Positions 1-11,435 of a stretch of 64,000 nucleotides of DNA are shown here, in pieces. The notes under the pieces are model-generated. The model did not search any database. It worked only from the letters and a program-made list of their open reading frames with translations, and was not told where the DNA came from. Within the stretch, counting starts at the first letter, position 1; each line of letters begins with the position of its first letter. The stretch comes from Ptychomitrium polyphyllum (lineage: Eukaryota). The stretch is from the NCBI GenBank assembly GCA_973851085.1, contig OZ316775.1, positions 558,001 to 622,000 of the forward strand, in the 5' to 3' direction. A program made the translations under genes and the position numbers.

Positions 1-1260
1 ATAGAGCCCAAGTGGTATCTACCATTGCCAATTATATTTGTACGAGTAATTTTTCCACCAACTCTACGTTTAAACACCGCAAGCATTTAGCTTTCAAAGC
101 TATTCCATTCATATTTATTGACAATAGCTTCTACCGCCAAGGCAAAGATCTCATTCTTTGCCGCTACGTATCTTTTATCGAGATATCGTAGATCCTTACT
201 AAACTCTATAATGGTACTTCCAGTAGACACATTTTGGTCAACATCACTGTTAAAAAATCCACAATGCTGGTTATTGGTGGCTAACCTTTTACAAAGATAC
301 TTTCAATTATTATCAAACTTGCCTTACATGTCAACAAACTGGCAACCTTACAAAATTAGTCACCACCAAATTAATTGCACATTTACCGACTGAACCTTTT
401 ATGGAATGGAGCTTGGATTTCATTGGTTACTCTTCCTTCTACCTGACACCATGGTCATTAGTTCATACTATTTGCTATCAATTATGCTATTAAGTGGATC
501 AAAGGCATTACTTGAAAAAACAATACCGCCTTCAAAACTGCCCAATTCCTCTATGAGCACATCCTCATCCGCTTTAGCTGCCCCTTCCACATTGGTAGTG
601 ACCAAGGTGTACATTCCAACAACTCGGTAATCTAAATACTAATGGAACATTTCTTTATAAAACATACAACATTGACAACATACTACTCCCAAAGAAATGA
701 ACAGGCTGAGTCTACCAACAAGGTTATTTTTGGCATGTTCCAAAAACTTGTGGATGAGCACCGCATGGGTTGGAACATTTATCCTTCTACAGCCATGTTG
801 GCCTACCAGATTGCGTACAAAACTTCTATTAGCGACTCTCCATTCCAACTTTTATATGGCCTACTTCTCCTCATGCCAATTGAATACCTAGTACCTACCT
901 CTTATACCTCTAGTAACCAAACTTTCAACCATCACCATATTCTTGCTGCTCAAATTATTGACTTGAAAAAACTGGACAAAAATTGCTTACATGCCCAAGA
1001 CCATCAAGGCACATCACAATAGAACCGCACTCAACTCACCATAGCTTGAAGTAAGAATATCACTTTTAATCTTGGTGATTATATTCTTTGGTATCCAAAA
1101 GGAGCCAATTTTTATATTGGTAAACTAAACAACAAATGGTATGGTCTATACCGCGTCCAGTACCTATTACTAAATAGTACAGTCTCACTCGTAGCCTTAA
1201 ACCACTTTGTTCCTAATTGTATCATTATAAATGTGAATAAATTCAAAACCTATTGATCTT
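1..1260 (+). mobile_element. Decayed Ty3/gypsy pol remnant (integrase core and GPY/F region)
   Basis: ORF 642-1022 reads HTTLTTYYSQRNEQAESTNK...W...AMLAYQIAYKTSISDSPFQLLYG, the C-terminal half of an integrase core. Frameshifted upstream pieces include 'EWSLDFIG' and 'SDQG'. 'KLNNKWYGLYRV' near 1122-1157 is a GPY/F-like motif. Many stops and frameshifts. Confidence 0.85.
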
Positions 1261-3326
1261 GAAGAATCTCAAATCCGCCTAGTTGTAGCTTCCAATCTAT
1301 TTAAATCTGTCATTAAAGCAGCTAATCCCAAAAATGATAGTTTATGTTAAGATTCTATACTAGTCATGATGGTTTGAATTAGCCATTAACAACAACCGCC
1401 TACTCAAACCAATTATTCATTCTCTCCACTGCCACTCCAATCCTAATAGTATACAACTCCTCCTTAGTAGTCCTTAACCATTCCTTCATCAGTAGTCCCT
1501 AGCCGTTTCTTAAAAATTATTGGATCTGTGACTAAAGCAAAAGAGGGTTAGGGAGTCCAACAAGAACCCAAACATTTAGTTCCTTACAAGCGCGTTCTTC
1601 TTCAAGGTATCTTTTTTCAAAAAAATGTCACCTCTATGTTGGATAGAAATATTTTTTTTCTATCAATACTGACCGACCTAGTTACCAAACCTAATTAGTG
1701 GGCTTGGCTCACTACTATATACAATAATCTTGCCACTGAACTTCTTAAAATTGAAAAGAGCACATCTCTTTATGCATTCCTGCCAAGATTTGGCACAAAT
1801 TCATTTTTTTTTATAGATACCACCTCTCAATCCAATTTTCGAACAATACTGCATCTATCAAACCTTGTTTTCAACCACCCAAAACATCGACTACCACTCC
1901 TACCGATATAGGACCATCTCAAATGCAAATTCAAACCCAAACCACACATGCCTCAGCGCCAAACAAGCCCGGGAGTCCCTTGAGGATCTAGTATAGAAAT
2001 ATTGGAAGTGCTAAGACTGCCGAGCATCCTACATGTCTACTCCAACCACTTCAACCTATACTACTTCCTCTGGTCCGCATGATTCTCCACCCGCTTCTTT
2101 GGTCTCTATTCCTACTCTTACTCTTCACTTCTTCCAGTTTCCTTCTCCTCCTATCAAGGTACTAGTAGTAAACCTAACTACTGGACCTCCTTCTTCACAC
2201 ATCATTCCTCCAATAACCATGAATTCTATGCCTCTTGGTTCCATCCTTCCTCCTACACCTACTCCACCCTCTACCTCTGCTAATCCTCTTTTTTTCAACT
2301 TGCTACCGATGAATCTACCCCCATCTCCACCCGTCCTTTTACTTTCTAGTCAATCAACTATATCTACAACAACTCCTATATTGACCATAACTTACAAAAC
2401 CTTAAAAAAGTAATACAACATCATTTAGAAAGCTTACCGCTATTAATTGAAGTTCATGCAAGTTTTAAATAATTAACTTTACAAGCTAAACCAATCATAG
2501 ATAAACATGACCGACTAATTGGGCAGATCCAATTACAATTATGGGATTACAAAACCTCTAAACGTACATTACAACGTCACAAAATCTAGGTTCAATCCAT
2601 GACGTTGGAGTGCGACTACAGTCATAATTTGATTCATACGCAGCACTAGCCCATTACCAAGCTAACCTTAAATCTAGACCTTATACAGAAGGACCTAATC
2701 AATCTTCGTCAATAGCCTTCTCTCAATATTGGACTTCAATAGCAGGTCGAGCAACTCATTACCGAATGTGTGCAATACCAACAGTTGGCAAAGACTAGCG
2801 AGGTCTACAATTACCAGACGGAGTATCAATATCAAAAGGCACGCGAATAATTTAGAAAAAATTGCTAGCGTCTCCACAAAGCCTACACCACCAATTACAA
2901 TCAATACGCCATTATTCACAATTACTAGCAAAGCTTTTCAGGGTGGAAAGACAATCATCTTGTAATGGACTCTCTTGTTTATCATAATATCTATGACTCA
3001 AATGACAAATATTTTGATAGTCTAACTTTAGCTATTGATAAACCCTTGTCTAAGATTCCCCACAATTCTTCTTTACCTACCACTTCTCGTTTCCTACCAC
3101 TTGACACTAATATCCTTGATTTTCCATCCTCTATTCCTCCTACTACCAATTTCTTTATTCCATTTAACTAACTCCAACTTCTTTCTATTCCTTTCCTCAA
3201 TAATACCATATCTACATCTACTCCCTGTTTTGCTCCACCTTCCACATGCCAAACTCCTTGCCTCCTTCAAATTCAGGAGATGCCCAAGTAGATCAGTTTT
3301 TGTGTTTCCAAGAATAAACTTAGTTT

Positions 3327-3339
3327 AAAAGGAGGATAA
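3327..3339 (+). other. Polypurine tract of the gypsy element
   Basis: aaaaggagga(taa) lies immediately 5' of the TG that starts the putative LTR. Confidence 0.75.
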
Positions 3340-3909
3340 TGTTACCGGGTTAGCAGATATTATACCTGGTACTACCGGACTTTTTCTACCAATCTTTTTT
3401 TATAGGCACTATTGAACATCCTCCAATGGTAACTACCAGATGATAGAAGTAATTTGTTAGTTCAAAAGAATAGATGTAGATTCATTTTGATAGGATCTTG
3501 ATTCTAGTATTTCAATCCTAAACCAAGAAAGTTGAGTTTATATTGTATTTGGTTTTTTTCTATGAAACAAGTTATACACTCCACTCTTTGATTTATTTAT
3601 TAGTTTTGCCTTTGAATATATATTTATATGTAGGATTTTCCATTCTAGCAATTTTTATAGTAGTTTATAGTTTGTTCCTTATTACTACCATGTCTCTTCC
3701 ATTCGGTAGTATCAACTATAAATTCATATAGATTGTTTATCCTAAATCTAGATTCTCTGGTAAGGAACTATTGAGCCTTAGTATACTCAGTAATTACTAA
3801 TCATAATACTGGTGCAACTGATCTTTTTAAGATAAGGATTTCCAGTAAGAAACTACTAAGTTTTTGATTACTTGGTAGTTACGGGCCGTAACCATTACTG
3901 ACCATAACA
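3340..3909 (+). mobile_element. 3' LTR (about 570 bp) of the gypsy element
   Basis: Starts TGTTAC directly after the PPT and ends ATAACA, giving TG...CA ends with a TGTTA/TAACA terminal inverted repeat. Very AT-rich flank follows. The 5' LTR is outside the window, so LTR pairing cannot be checked. Confidence 0.75.
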
Positions 3910-4977
3910 ACAATATTTTTAATTTCTTAATAACATATATTGCAAATCAAACTTAGAAAATACTTTAATTTTGAAAGTTCAAAGTTGGAATATTCAATTC
4001 AAAGTATAAATTGCACATTATGGTTTAATGTAATAATGGTTTAATAAGTACATAATATATTGAATTTGGTAATTTTTTTAAGATGTAAATAAAAATTGCA
4101 TTAGAAGATTGGAAGCTAATCAATATATTTGTATTGTATTCTTTATATCCTTAAATGATGTGTTTTTTGATATTATATATGTGGAATTCTTAAATTGATT
4201 ATTAAATTTTTGAATGTGATTTATAGATTTTCTTTGCTTTTGTTATTTGAACTTTTAATTGGTTATCATTGTCTGTTTCTAATTTTTATATGGTAGATTT
4301 CCATTTGATTTTTTTGTTAAAGATTTTTTGTAGTCATTATAGATAATTTTTATATTTTGTATTTAAAAATAAACAAATCATTGAATACAAAATACATACC
4401 ATTTCATTAACATATATCAAGCTTATTTAACTGTAGTATATATAAGAATAAATTTTTTATCTTATTTTATATATAAAATTAAAAATAAATATAATTTTCA
4501 TAGCAATATTGGACATGTTTTATTGTATGTTGATAATAATTCCATTTATTCATTTCAACAACATATAAAATACTTTGCAAAAAGGTTTGTAAAGTATGTA
4601 AATGCTTTTGAAATTCACTTATTTAGGATCCAAATAATATTTCTAAAATATAATCAAATAAATAATATCAAAGTTCATAATCCAAATAGCTTTGTGTTCA
4701 TAATATTCTATTTAAGTCACAAAAGGTAAGAATTTTTGTATATTTGAATGTTGAATGCAAATTCAAAGTTAAAACTAAACTTACCAAACATAAATTTCTA
4801 TTAAAAGAGACTTAAACTTTAGTATTCTTAGAGTTTTAGCACATGTTTATGAATGACTTTCTTTTTACAAATCAATGATTTCAAGTTTTTGTACATAGTA
4901 TGGAAAAGAAACCTTATAGTCCTATCCTGCTTATCCTGCCTGTCCGACCATCCGCATATATCAGTTTCAGGAATGTA

Positions 4978-5031
4978 TACCCAAATTCGTCACCGTACCC
5001 AAAACCGTCACAGTACCCAAATTCGTCACAG
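4978..5031. repeat. 18-bp tandem repeat x3 (tacccaaattcgtcacag variants)
   Basis: tacccaaattcgtcaccg / tacccaaaaccgtcacag / tacccaaattcgtcacag, read directly. Confidence 0.85.
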
Positions 5032-5148
5032 TGACTTAGAACAGTTTCAAGCAGCATTGTTGTCTGAGCTGTGAGCTGTGAGCTGTTACCGTGCTGCGTG
5101 AGTTCCATTGCAGGAGAAATGGAGGCATGGTTGAGGTGAGCAGGGGTC

Positions 5149-5184
<36 letters not shown>
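5149..5184. repeat. (GGAGCA)6 hexanucleotide microsatellite
   Basis: Direct reading. Confidence 0.9.
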
Positions 5185-8100
5185 AAGCTGGTTTCAGAAC
5201 AGACTCAAATGCGTGTAAGTGAATGCTGTTGCTGAATCCTACATGTGAGACTCGTGTTCGTCAACAGCCTTCCAATTCTTGGACTATGTTAAGAGATTGG
5301 CTTGGGGATGTAAGCTCAAATGATAGCGCTGTGCATCTGCTGGGCCGTTCAGTTTGTCGAAGCAGGGATGGGGTGTGTCTTCCTCTCCTTTGAATGTGAG
5401 GACGTTGTATCTCCTTGCGTTTGTTATCTATATGTCTGTTCTTTGCTGATGTGGGATGACATTGTGCTGACACTACGATGAGATATAGCGGCTTCAGTTG
5501 GATACATGGATTGGCATCTCGGATTAGCTAACGAAATTCGTTTTTGAAGCTTTTGTGTGTCTTACCATTGTACGTTTCTTTTGCACATGTTCGTGAATAC
5601 TGCTGTTACACGTGTTCATTTTCAACTATTGGTTATCAATCAATGGTTCATCAATTATTCTTATATGTGTAACAAAACACTCATATCATTGATCTCTAGT
5701 TCTTTAATCTATGGTATTTACATACTTATTTGGTTGTAATAGAAATTTTATTCCTCCTTGAAACTTTTCTCAAAAATGTTATACAGTTTGGTTTTAAAAA
5801 ATCCAAATATTTTCATGATAAGAAAATTATAAAGAAGTTTAAACTTTTAGTTTAGATAATTAATCCACATTAAGTCATTTTCCATGTTTAGTCACTTACA
5901 AAAGTTGTTTTGTTTAAATAAAAATTAGGCTTGTTAAAAATCTAATTTTATTTAATTTATTGATATACGTATATTATTTAAATATTTGGATTTCATACAA
6001 AAGATTAATTACATAAAAGATAAAATTTTCAAATGAGAATACCAATGATTTCAAAGTAGATGATCAATTTTAGTACAGCTATTTGTAAACTCATCTTAGT
6101 TGCTTGAGAAAGTAGATGATCAATTAAAGAAGCATGTATAAAAACATATGTTTCAATTAATTGGCTAAAACATTCAAACATTAAAGTGTATGCTCCAATC
6201 ATAACACAATGGCACAAAGGAGGTGAAATGACTTCTTCAACGTGAAATTTTGAAGAAGAAAAAACGGAAGTCAAAAATCACATCAAAAAGAAATAAAGGT
6301 AATTCAGGTTGCAATTTTGGTGCACATTGAATATATCCACCACCATTGCTTTGGGCATTACAAATTGCTTCATACTTGTCAATTCCTTTGCACAGCCTTG
6401 CAATGTTTATCGGTTTCTGGTCGGCCTTTCGTCTGCTTCTCCTGTGAATTGGTTTGGGGATGAGGAGTAGACGACGAGGTGGCTGAAGTGATCCTGTGTT
6501 GGTTGTCTTTCTTAGCCCACTCGTGGTCTCTGGAAGCTCAGTGCTATAGAAAAGGTTTTTGGACTTGCAAATGATGACTGTAATCTTATCTTACACTCCG
6601 AAAGTCAACTTGTTGAACCGTCATGCTCTGACAATCTAATGCATCCCTTTTAACGATGTTCCTTTAACTGGATCGTATGTTGTTGGGATAAATGTCGGGC
6701 GTCGTGAACAATGATGAGAACCGCATTTTCTTCATCGATTTCACTGACATCCGTGATGTCAAACATGCTGCGTGCTTTCTGAATTTGTGATGTTTGTTTC
6801 TGTTAATATAATTATATACGCGGTGATCGGATGATGAAATTCATATACAAAATCTTAGGACACCTTCCTACACGGCGAATGTCGTGGATGAGAGTGAATG
6901 TTAGTTGACGATCATTTGATCGAGAAACGGTTTTGCTTAATGTTTCTCTGATGATGATCAAACAAATGCGTTCTAACCTATATGCTTCATGCGTTGAGGA
7001 AAGATATTTGGAGACCTGAACTGGAGATTTTTTTCTATACCGATGCTGGTGATTCCTTAAACCTGTTGGTTCGGAATTTTTCAGGTGGGATCGCATGAGC
7101 TTGAGGGAGATCATCGGGGAATCATGTGATGCAGAGAGATACACCTAAGAATGATGAAACGCACTGGCCACGGAGTATCACAAGAAAGCTTGTGTTCATG
7201 AGAGACATGCTACGGGACTAGAAAACCCTTTTCTGACTTCTGCTACAAATTACAGAAAATCCCGTGCTGTTATGAACGATCAGTAGTCAGGGATGAGAAG
7301 GATTGATATCTACATAACTGACATGGCAGGATGATACCGTTTGTTTTTGTCGCAGATGTAAATCGGTTGAAGTAAAAATTCATTTTTTCGAAACTAGCCG
7401 TACCTGATAATACCTTCAATTTTATGAGTTTGCGATATAATCATAAGAATGATACATCCTCTCTGTGAAGCACTATTTGAGTTTCCTGCATTGCCGTAAC
7501 ACGAAATTGCACTTTAGTTTGCTAACTTGGTGTTCTATATCAGACTTCAAGAGAATAGTCAACAATTCCCTGGACTTGCTTGCACTAAACCATTGAAATC
7601 ACATGAAGCGTGTTCTGAGATCTCGACTGTAGCATGTGCAACGTCCTGAGTCTGCGCTTCTTTACGTTGATGTGCACCATATACGGAGTACCAGGAAGTG
7701 TAATACTTCAACCTTGGTCCCGTTGTATTTCTCTACATACAAGATTACCTGAATTACAACTGAACATACAAATGATGTGCTGTAAGTCTTCGAGTAGTGC
7801 GGCCTTTTTCTGTCGTCGAAGTTACTCGTCAAAGCTGTTACAGCTTCAACACCAACGGCATGAATTTCACAGCGTGGGCGCGAGGAAAGTCCCGAAGAGT
7901 TGTAAAGCTGTTCAAGGTTTTTACGCACACGAAAGTGGATGGAGGTCCTGGATCTGATTCAAAAGTGAGAGCCGAATGGTCTCTGCGTCACTACTCAGTA
8001 CAAATTTGTCAAAGGTCCTGATTCCACTTCCATTCTCTGGCTTTTTGTCCATTTCGGAAGGAACTTTGGTATCGGTTCCTTATTTGAGTATTTGGAGCGT

Positions 8101-9835
8101 CCTCCTTCTCATCAGTGAAAGTCATGCACCTTGTGATGCCCTGTTGCAACTCATGAGCTGAAACCATGGAACGTTGTCAACCTTTTCTCTCTCGAGAAAA
8201 TAGCGGTTTTCTGACTTGCCTAAAGTGGCATCGTAGCTGACTATACAAGTACTCAGAAAACGTCCAATTATGTTAAGGAGCTAAATTCATGCACTGAAAC
8301 TACCTGGTGACTGTTTCAAACCTTTCCTGAAAGTTTGTTCATTGCGAAGCCATAACGATCTTGAATTTTGACCTGACACATTTACGATGGACCTAAGAGT
8401 ACAACTACTGCTATTGGTAGTTCATTGAATAGAAGTTCTTCTTTCAAGCTTTTAACATGACATAATAAGCAAGAAGCTATGAGTTTGCGACGTTTAAGGA
8501 TTTGCACTACCGATGGCAATGCTTTTTAAAATGCTTTTAGAGATGTTTCCCATTCTTGCTTGATGTTTGGCACGTTGAGATTCTAGTTCTAGACCGCAGG
8601 ACGATGATATCAGTGCTGCTCACAATCAAAAGAGCTAGTGGGTACCCACAGTGTCAGATGTTGCCAACATGGGATGGAATCCCACCTAAAGACACATATG
8701 ACTTATGTGAGGAATACCGTAAGTGTTCTACAGTTGTAGTTCCGGTACACTACTTGCTGCCTGATTTACTTCACATAAGGTGGATTCTCCATAACCGTCC
8801 CTGCAATGGAACATACAAAACCTACAAATTTTCAGTTAGCTGGAGCACCAGCTCATTACTACAGATTTCATAGATTTTCTCTCCTATGGTTTTAGGTGCA
8901 CTTAGGATCATGTTTACGAACTTACTTCAGGTGAATCTTAAAATTGTGTTTTCATCAAAATTAGAACATTTTTCTGAAATGGGGTCCTCATAGAAGTGAC
9001 TCCATTTCAAACTTGGATCTTCAACTTTACCAAATTGCTTTAATTGGGAGTCTACCTTAGATTGGTTTTTGAGTCCTGCAGGCCGCAGATGCTCACTGCT
9101 GATGTGCTGCAAGTTTGATCCGGTTCTCCCATGGAATTTGCAGTGAAACGCTTTTGAAATGTGTTTCGTAGGAATTTCAGCAATCTATTTTTAGCAATAA
9201 CAACCGTCGACTTCTGGGAACCGCGTGAAGTATTAAACTCACTGACATGCTGGATTTAAGGGGTAAAATAAGTGCGTCGTACGTTGCCGTGTGACATCAT
9301 GACGTGCAGATACTGCAACCTTGTCTGTCGTCTGATGTTGGAGTGATTATGTTTTTAAATCTAAAACCTTGGGAGTATAAGAAGCATTTTATGAGGCGGC
9401 TCTACTGGTGTATCCAGTAACACTTGTTTAGTGTGACTTAGATGAGTTACGTGCAGTGAAAATTCAACCAAAGATAAACTCAAAACGGGATCAGTGCTTT
9501 TAGCAGACGTGACAATTATGCATTTGGTTTCCTAATTTGCTAAATTTTCAGGACAATGTAGCTCATAATTGAACATGTTTTCTACATTTGTGTGAGGGAA
9601 TATGCAAGAAACTCTAGTGTGCGGTGTGGTATTGAAAGTAGGCTATCAAGAGTCTAGCAAAAGTCATTTGACAGTACTAATCAATACCTGAGTTGTAAAC
9701 GTGCAGAAATTGACCAATTTCACCAATTCATACAGCTCCACAACCCTTTCGGGAGTCCATGCAAGCGACACTTCTTGTGCTAAGCCTCCACAGGGGAGTT
9801 ACGACACAATGTCATTTGACACTTAAGTGACTGTT

Positions 9836-9879
9836 GACTGCAGTATGACTGAAGTATGACTGAAGTATGACTGAAGTAT
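9836..9879. repeat. 11-bp tandem repeat (gactgaagtat) x4
   Basis: gactgcagtat followed by three copies of gactgaagtat. Confidence 0.85.
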
Positions 9880-10283
9880 CCTAGTATTTTATGCAGTTTG
9901 CAGGGCCTACATCTTTTTCAGATGCAGAATAGAAATTCGCAACATCAATACGGTATATGAATAACTTATAATTCAGATCCTGGTGGGAATAATCATCACT
10001 CTCCGACTTGCAGGAGACGGTAGTAGCAAGGGAGTTCCTTTAGATGTACAGCAAGCACAACTTCATGACATAGTTTCTTTAGATAACTTTACACGATTTG
10101 TTTTGCATACTTGACTTTTCTGATGAGTGCATGCGAGATTTTGTTTTCAGGAAAGCTAGAGCAGAACCCAATTTGACGGATTTACATGCTTCCTTGTCCT
10201 GTCGAAGTAACACTTATTGGCCTTTTCTATAGTCAGTAGTTTGGAGCAGAAGAAGGGAAACAGGTATTGAGAAGAATTTAGTG

Positions 10284-11312
10284 ATGGAAACTAGGGAGAC
10301 GGATTGGGGAAACTTGGCACTGGAGCTGCTCACTTTAGTGTTGCAAAAAGTACAGGAAGGTGCCGGAAGGCGAGGAGAAGGCAGACGAGTTGTTGCCTTC
10401 GCCGGTGTTTGCAGGACCTGGCGACGATCTGTGCAACAGGAATTCCATTGTCAACCACCATCTCTTCTCACCTTCCCCGCGTCACTCCGACAACCAGCGC
10501 CGTGTGGACCTCACATCCAGTGCCTGCTGAAGAAAAGGGGCGATTCATTCCGACTAGTGCAAGTTGTCTCGGGAGACGAGTATTTCCTTCTGGGCGCTCA
10601 TAAGAGATGCACAATCCGCTTCTCGTACTTCAGAATTAGCGCAGATCCTAGGATTTTATGGACGCAGGAGCACGATGACGCGGGAAGCGTGACCTCCAAC
10701 TTCTGGCGGACGGCTTTCACCTTGCACGATAATTTCTGCGACAAGAGTGCAAAATCCAGATTTAAAACACCAACAATGTCGCTAAATTATGAAGAGGTCG
10801 CTGTTGATGGCAATTGCCTTCGCAGGATGCTTTGTACGAAGCTCGTCCTTGCAGGAAGAAATCTTAAGGACGAGGGGGTTTGGTTGCCCTCGTGGTTAAG
10901 TGCTCTGCACAAATGGAACATTCTGAATTTCACCAATCCTGTCAACCGTTCCTACAAATTGTTGAAGAACTGTACCGCGGTACCTTCTCCTCCAAGCACA
11001 GGTCTCATCAAGGAATTCAGAAGTAGCTCTTTGAAAGAAAGCATGTTTTCTTTGCAGAACAAAGAACCTGTTTGGCACCAGCAGGAGCAGTGTTGGTTGC
11101 TTGACTTCAAAGGCAGAGGCTCAATTGTCGCTTCGATTCATAACTTCCAGCTTGTTTCCAGTGATGATTCTAGCGATGGAAGAGTGATCTTGCAGCTTGG
11201 AAAATTATGTAAAGGACTCTTTATACTAGATTTCGGTGCGCCATTGACAGCGCTGGAAGCGTTTGCCATATCTCTCAGTAGTTTCGCCACTTCTGTGGGT
11301 TTGGACACATGA
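10284..11312 (+). CDS. Tubby-like F-box protein (TLP), divergent, single coding exon, about 342 aa
   Basis: N-terminal plant-TLP F-box (WGNLALELL...VVAFAGVCRTWR), linker LTFPASLRQP...IQC, and Tub-domain C-terminus LQNKEPVWH...QCWLLDFKGR...ASIHNFQLV...VILQLGK...FILDF..PLTALEAFAISLSSF. First ATG is 10284; the ORF track starts at the GTG one codon earlier. Confidence 0.9.
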   Translation: METRETDWGNLALELLTLVLQKVQEGAGRRGEGRRVVAFAGVCRTWRRSVQQEFHCQPPSLLTFPASLRQPAPCGPHIQCLLKKRGDSFRLVQVVSGDEYFLLGAHKRCTIRFSYFRISADPRILWTQEHDDAGSVTSNFWRTAFTLHDNFCDKSAKSRFKTPTMSLNYEEVAVDGNCLRRMLCTKLVLAGRNLKDEGVWLPSWLSALHKWNILNFTNPVNRSYKLLKNCTAVPSPPSTGLIKEFRSSSLKESMFSLQNKEPVWHQQEQCWLLDFKGRGSIVASIHNFQLVSSDDSSDGRVILQLGKLCKGLFILDFGAPLTALEAFAISLSSFATSVGLDT

Positions 11313-11435
11313 TTAGGTAGATAACAGTGTTTGTAACATAATCAAAGGCTTAACATGATTCCAGAAGTCACAGAAGCTAAATTTTGTGGACATGTTGGCC
11401 CGTTTGATGATTTCGATGCATATGATGACTACTCA

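Noticed and set aside
4914..5108. ORF with CDEFGY/CDGFGY/GDEFGY peptide repeats
   Set aside because: Simply the translation of the 18-bp tandem repeat. No other coding support.
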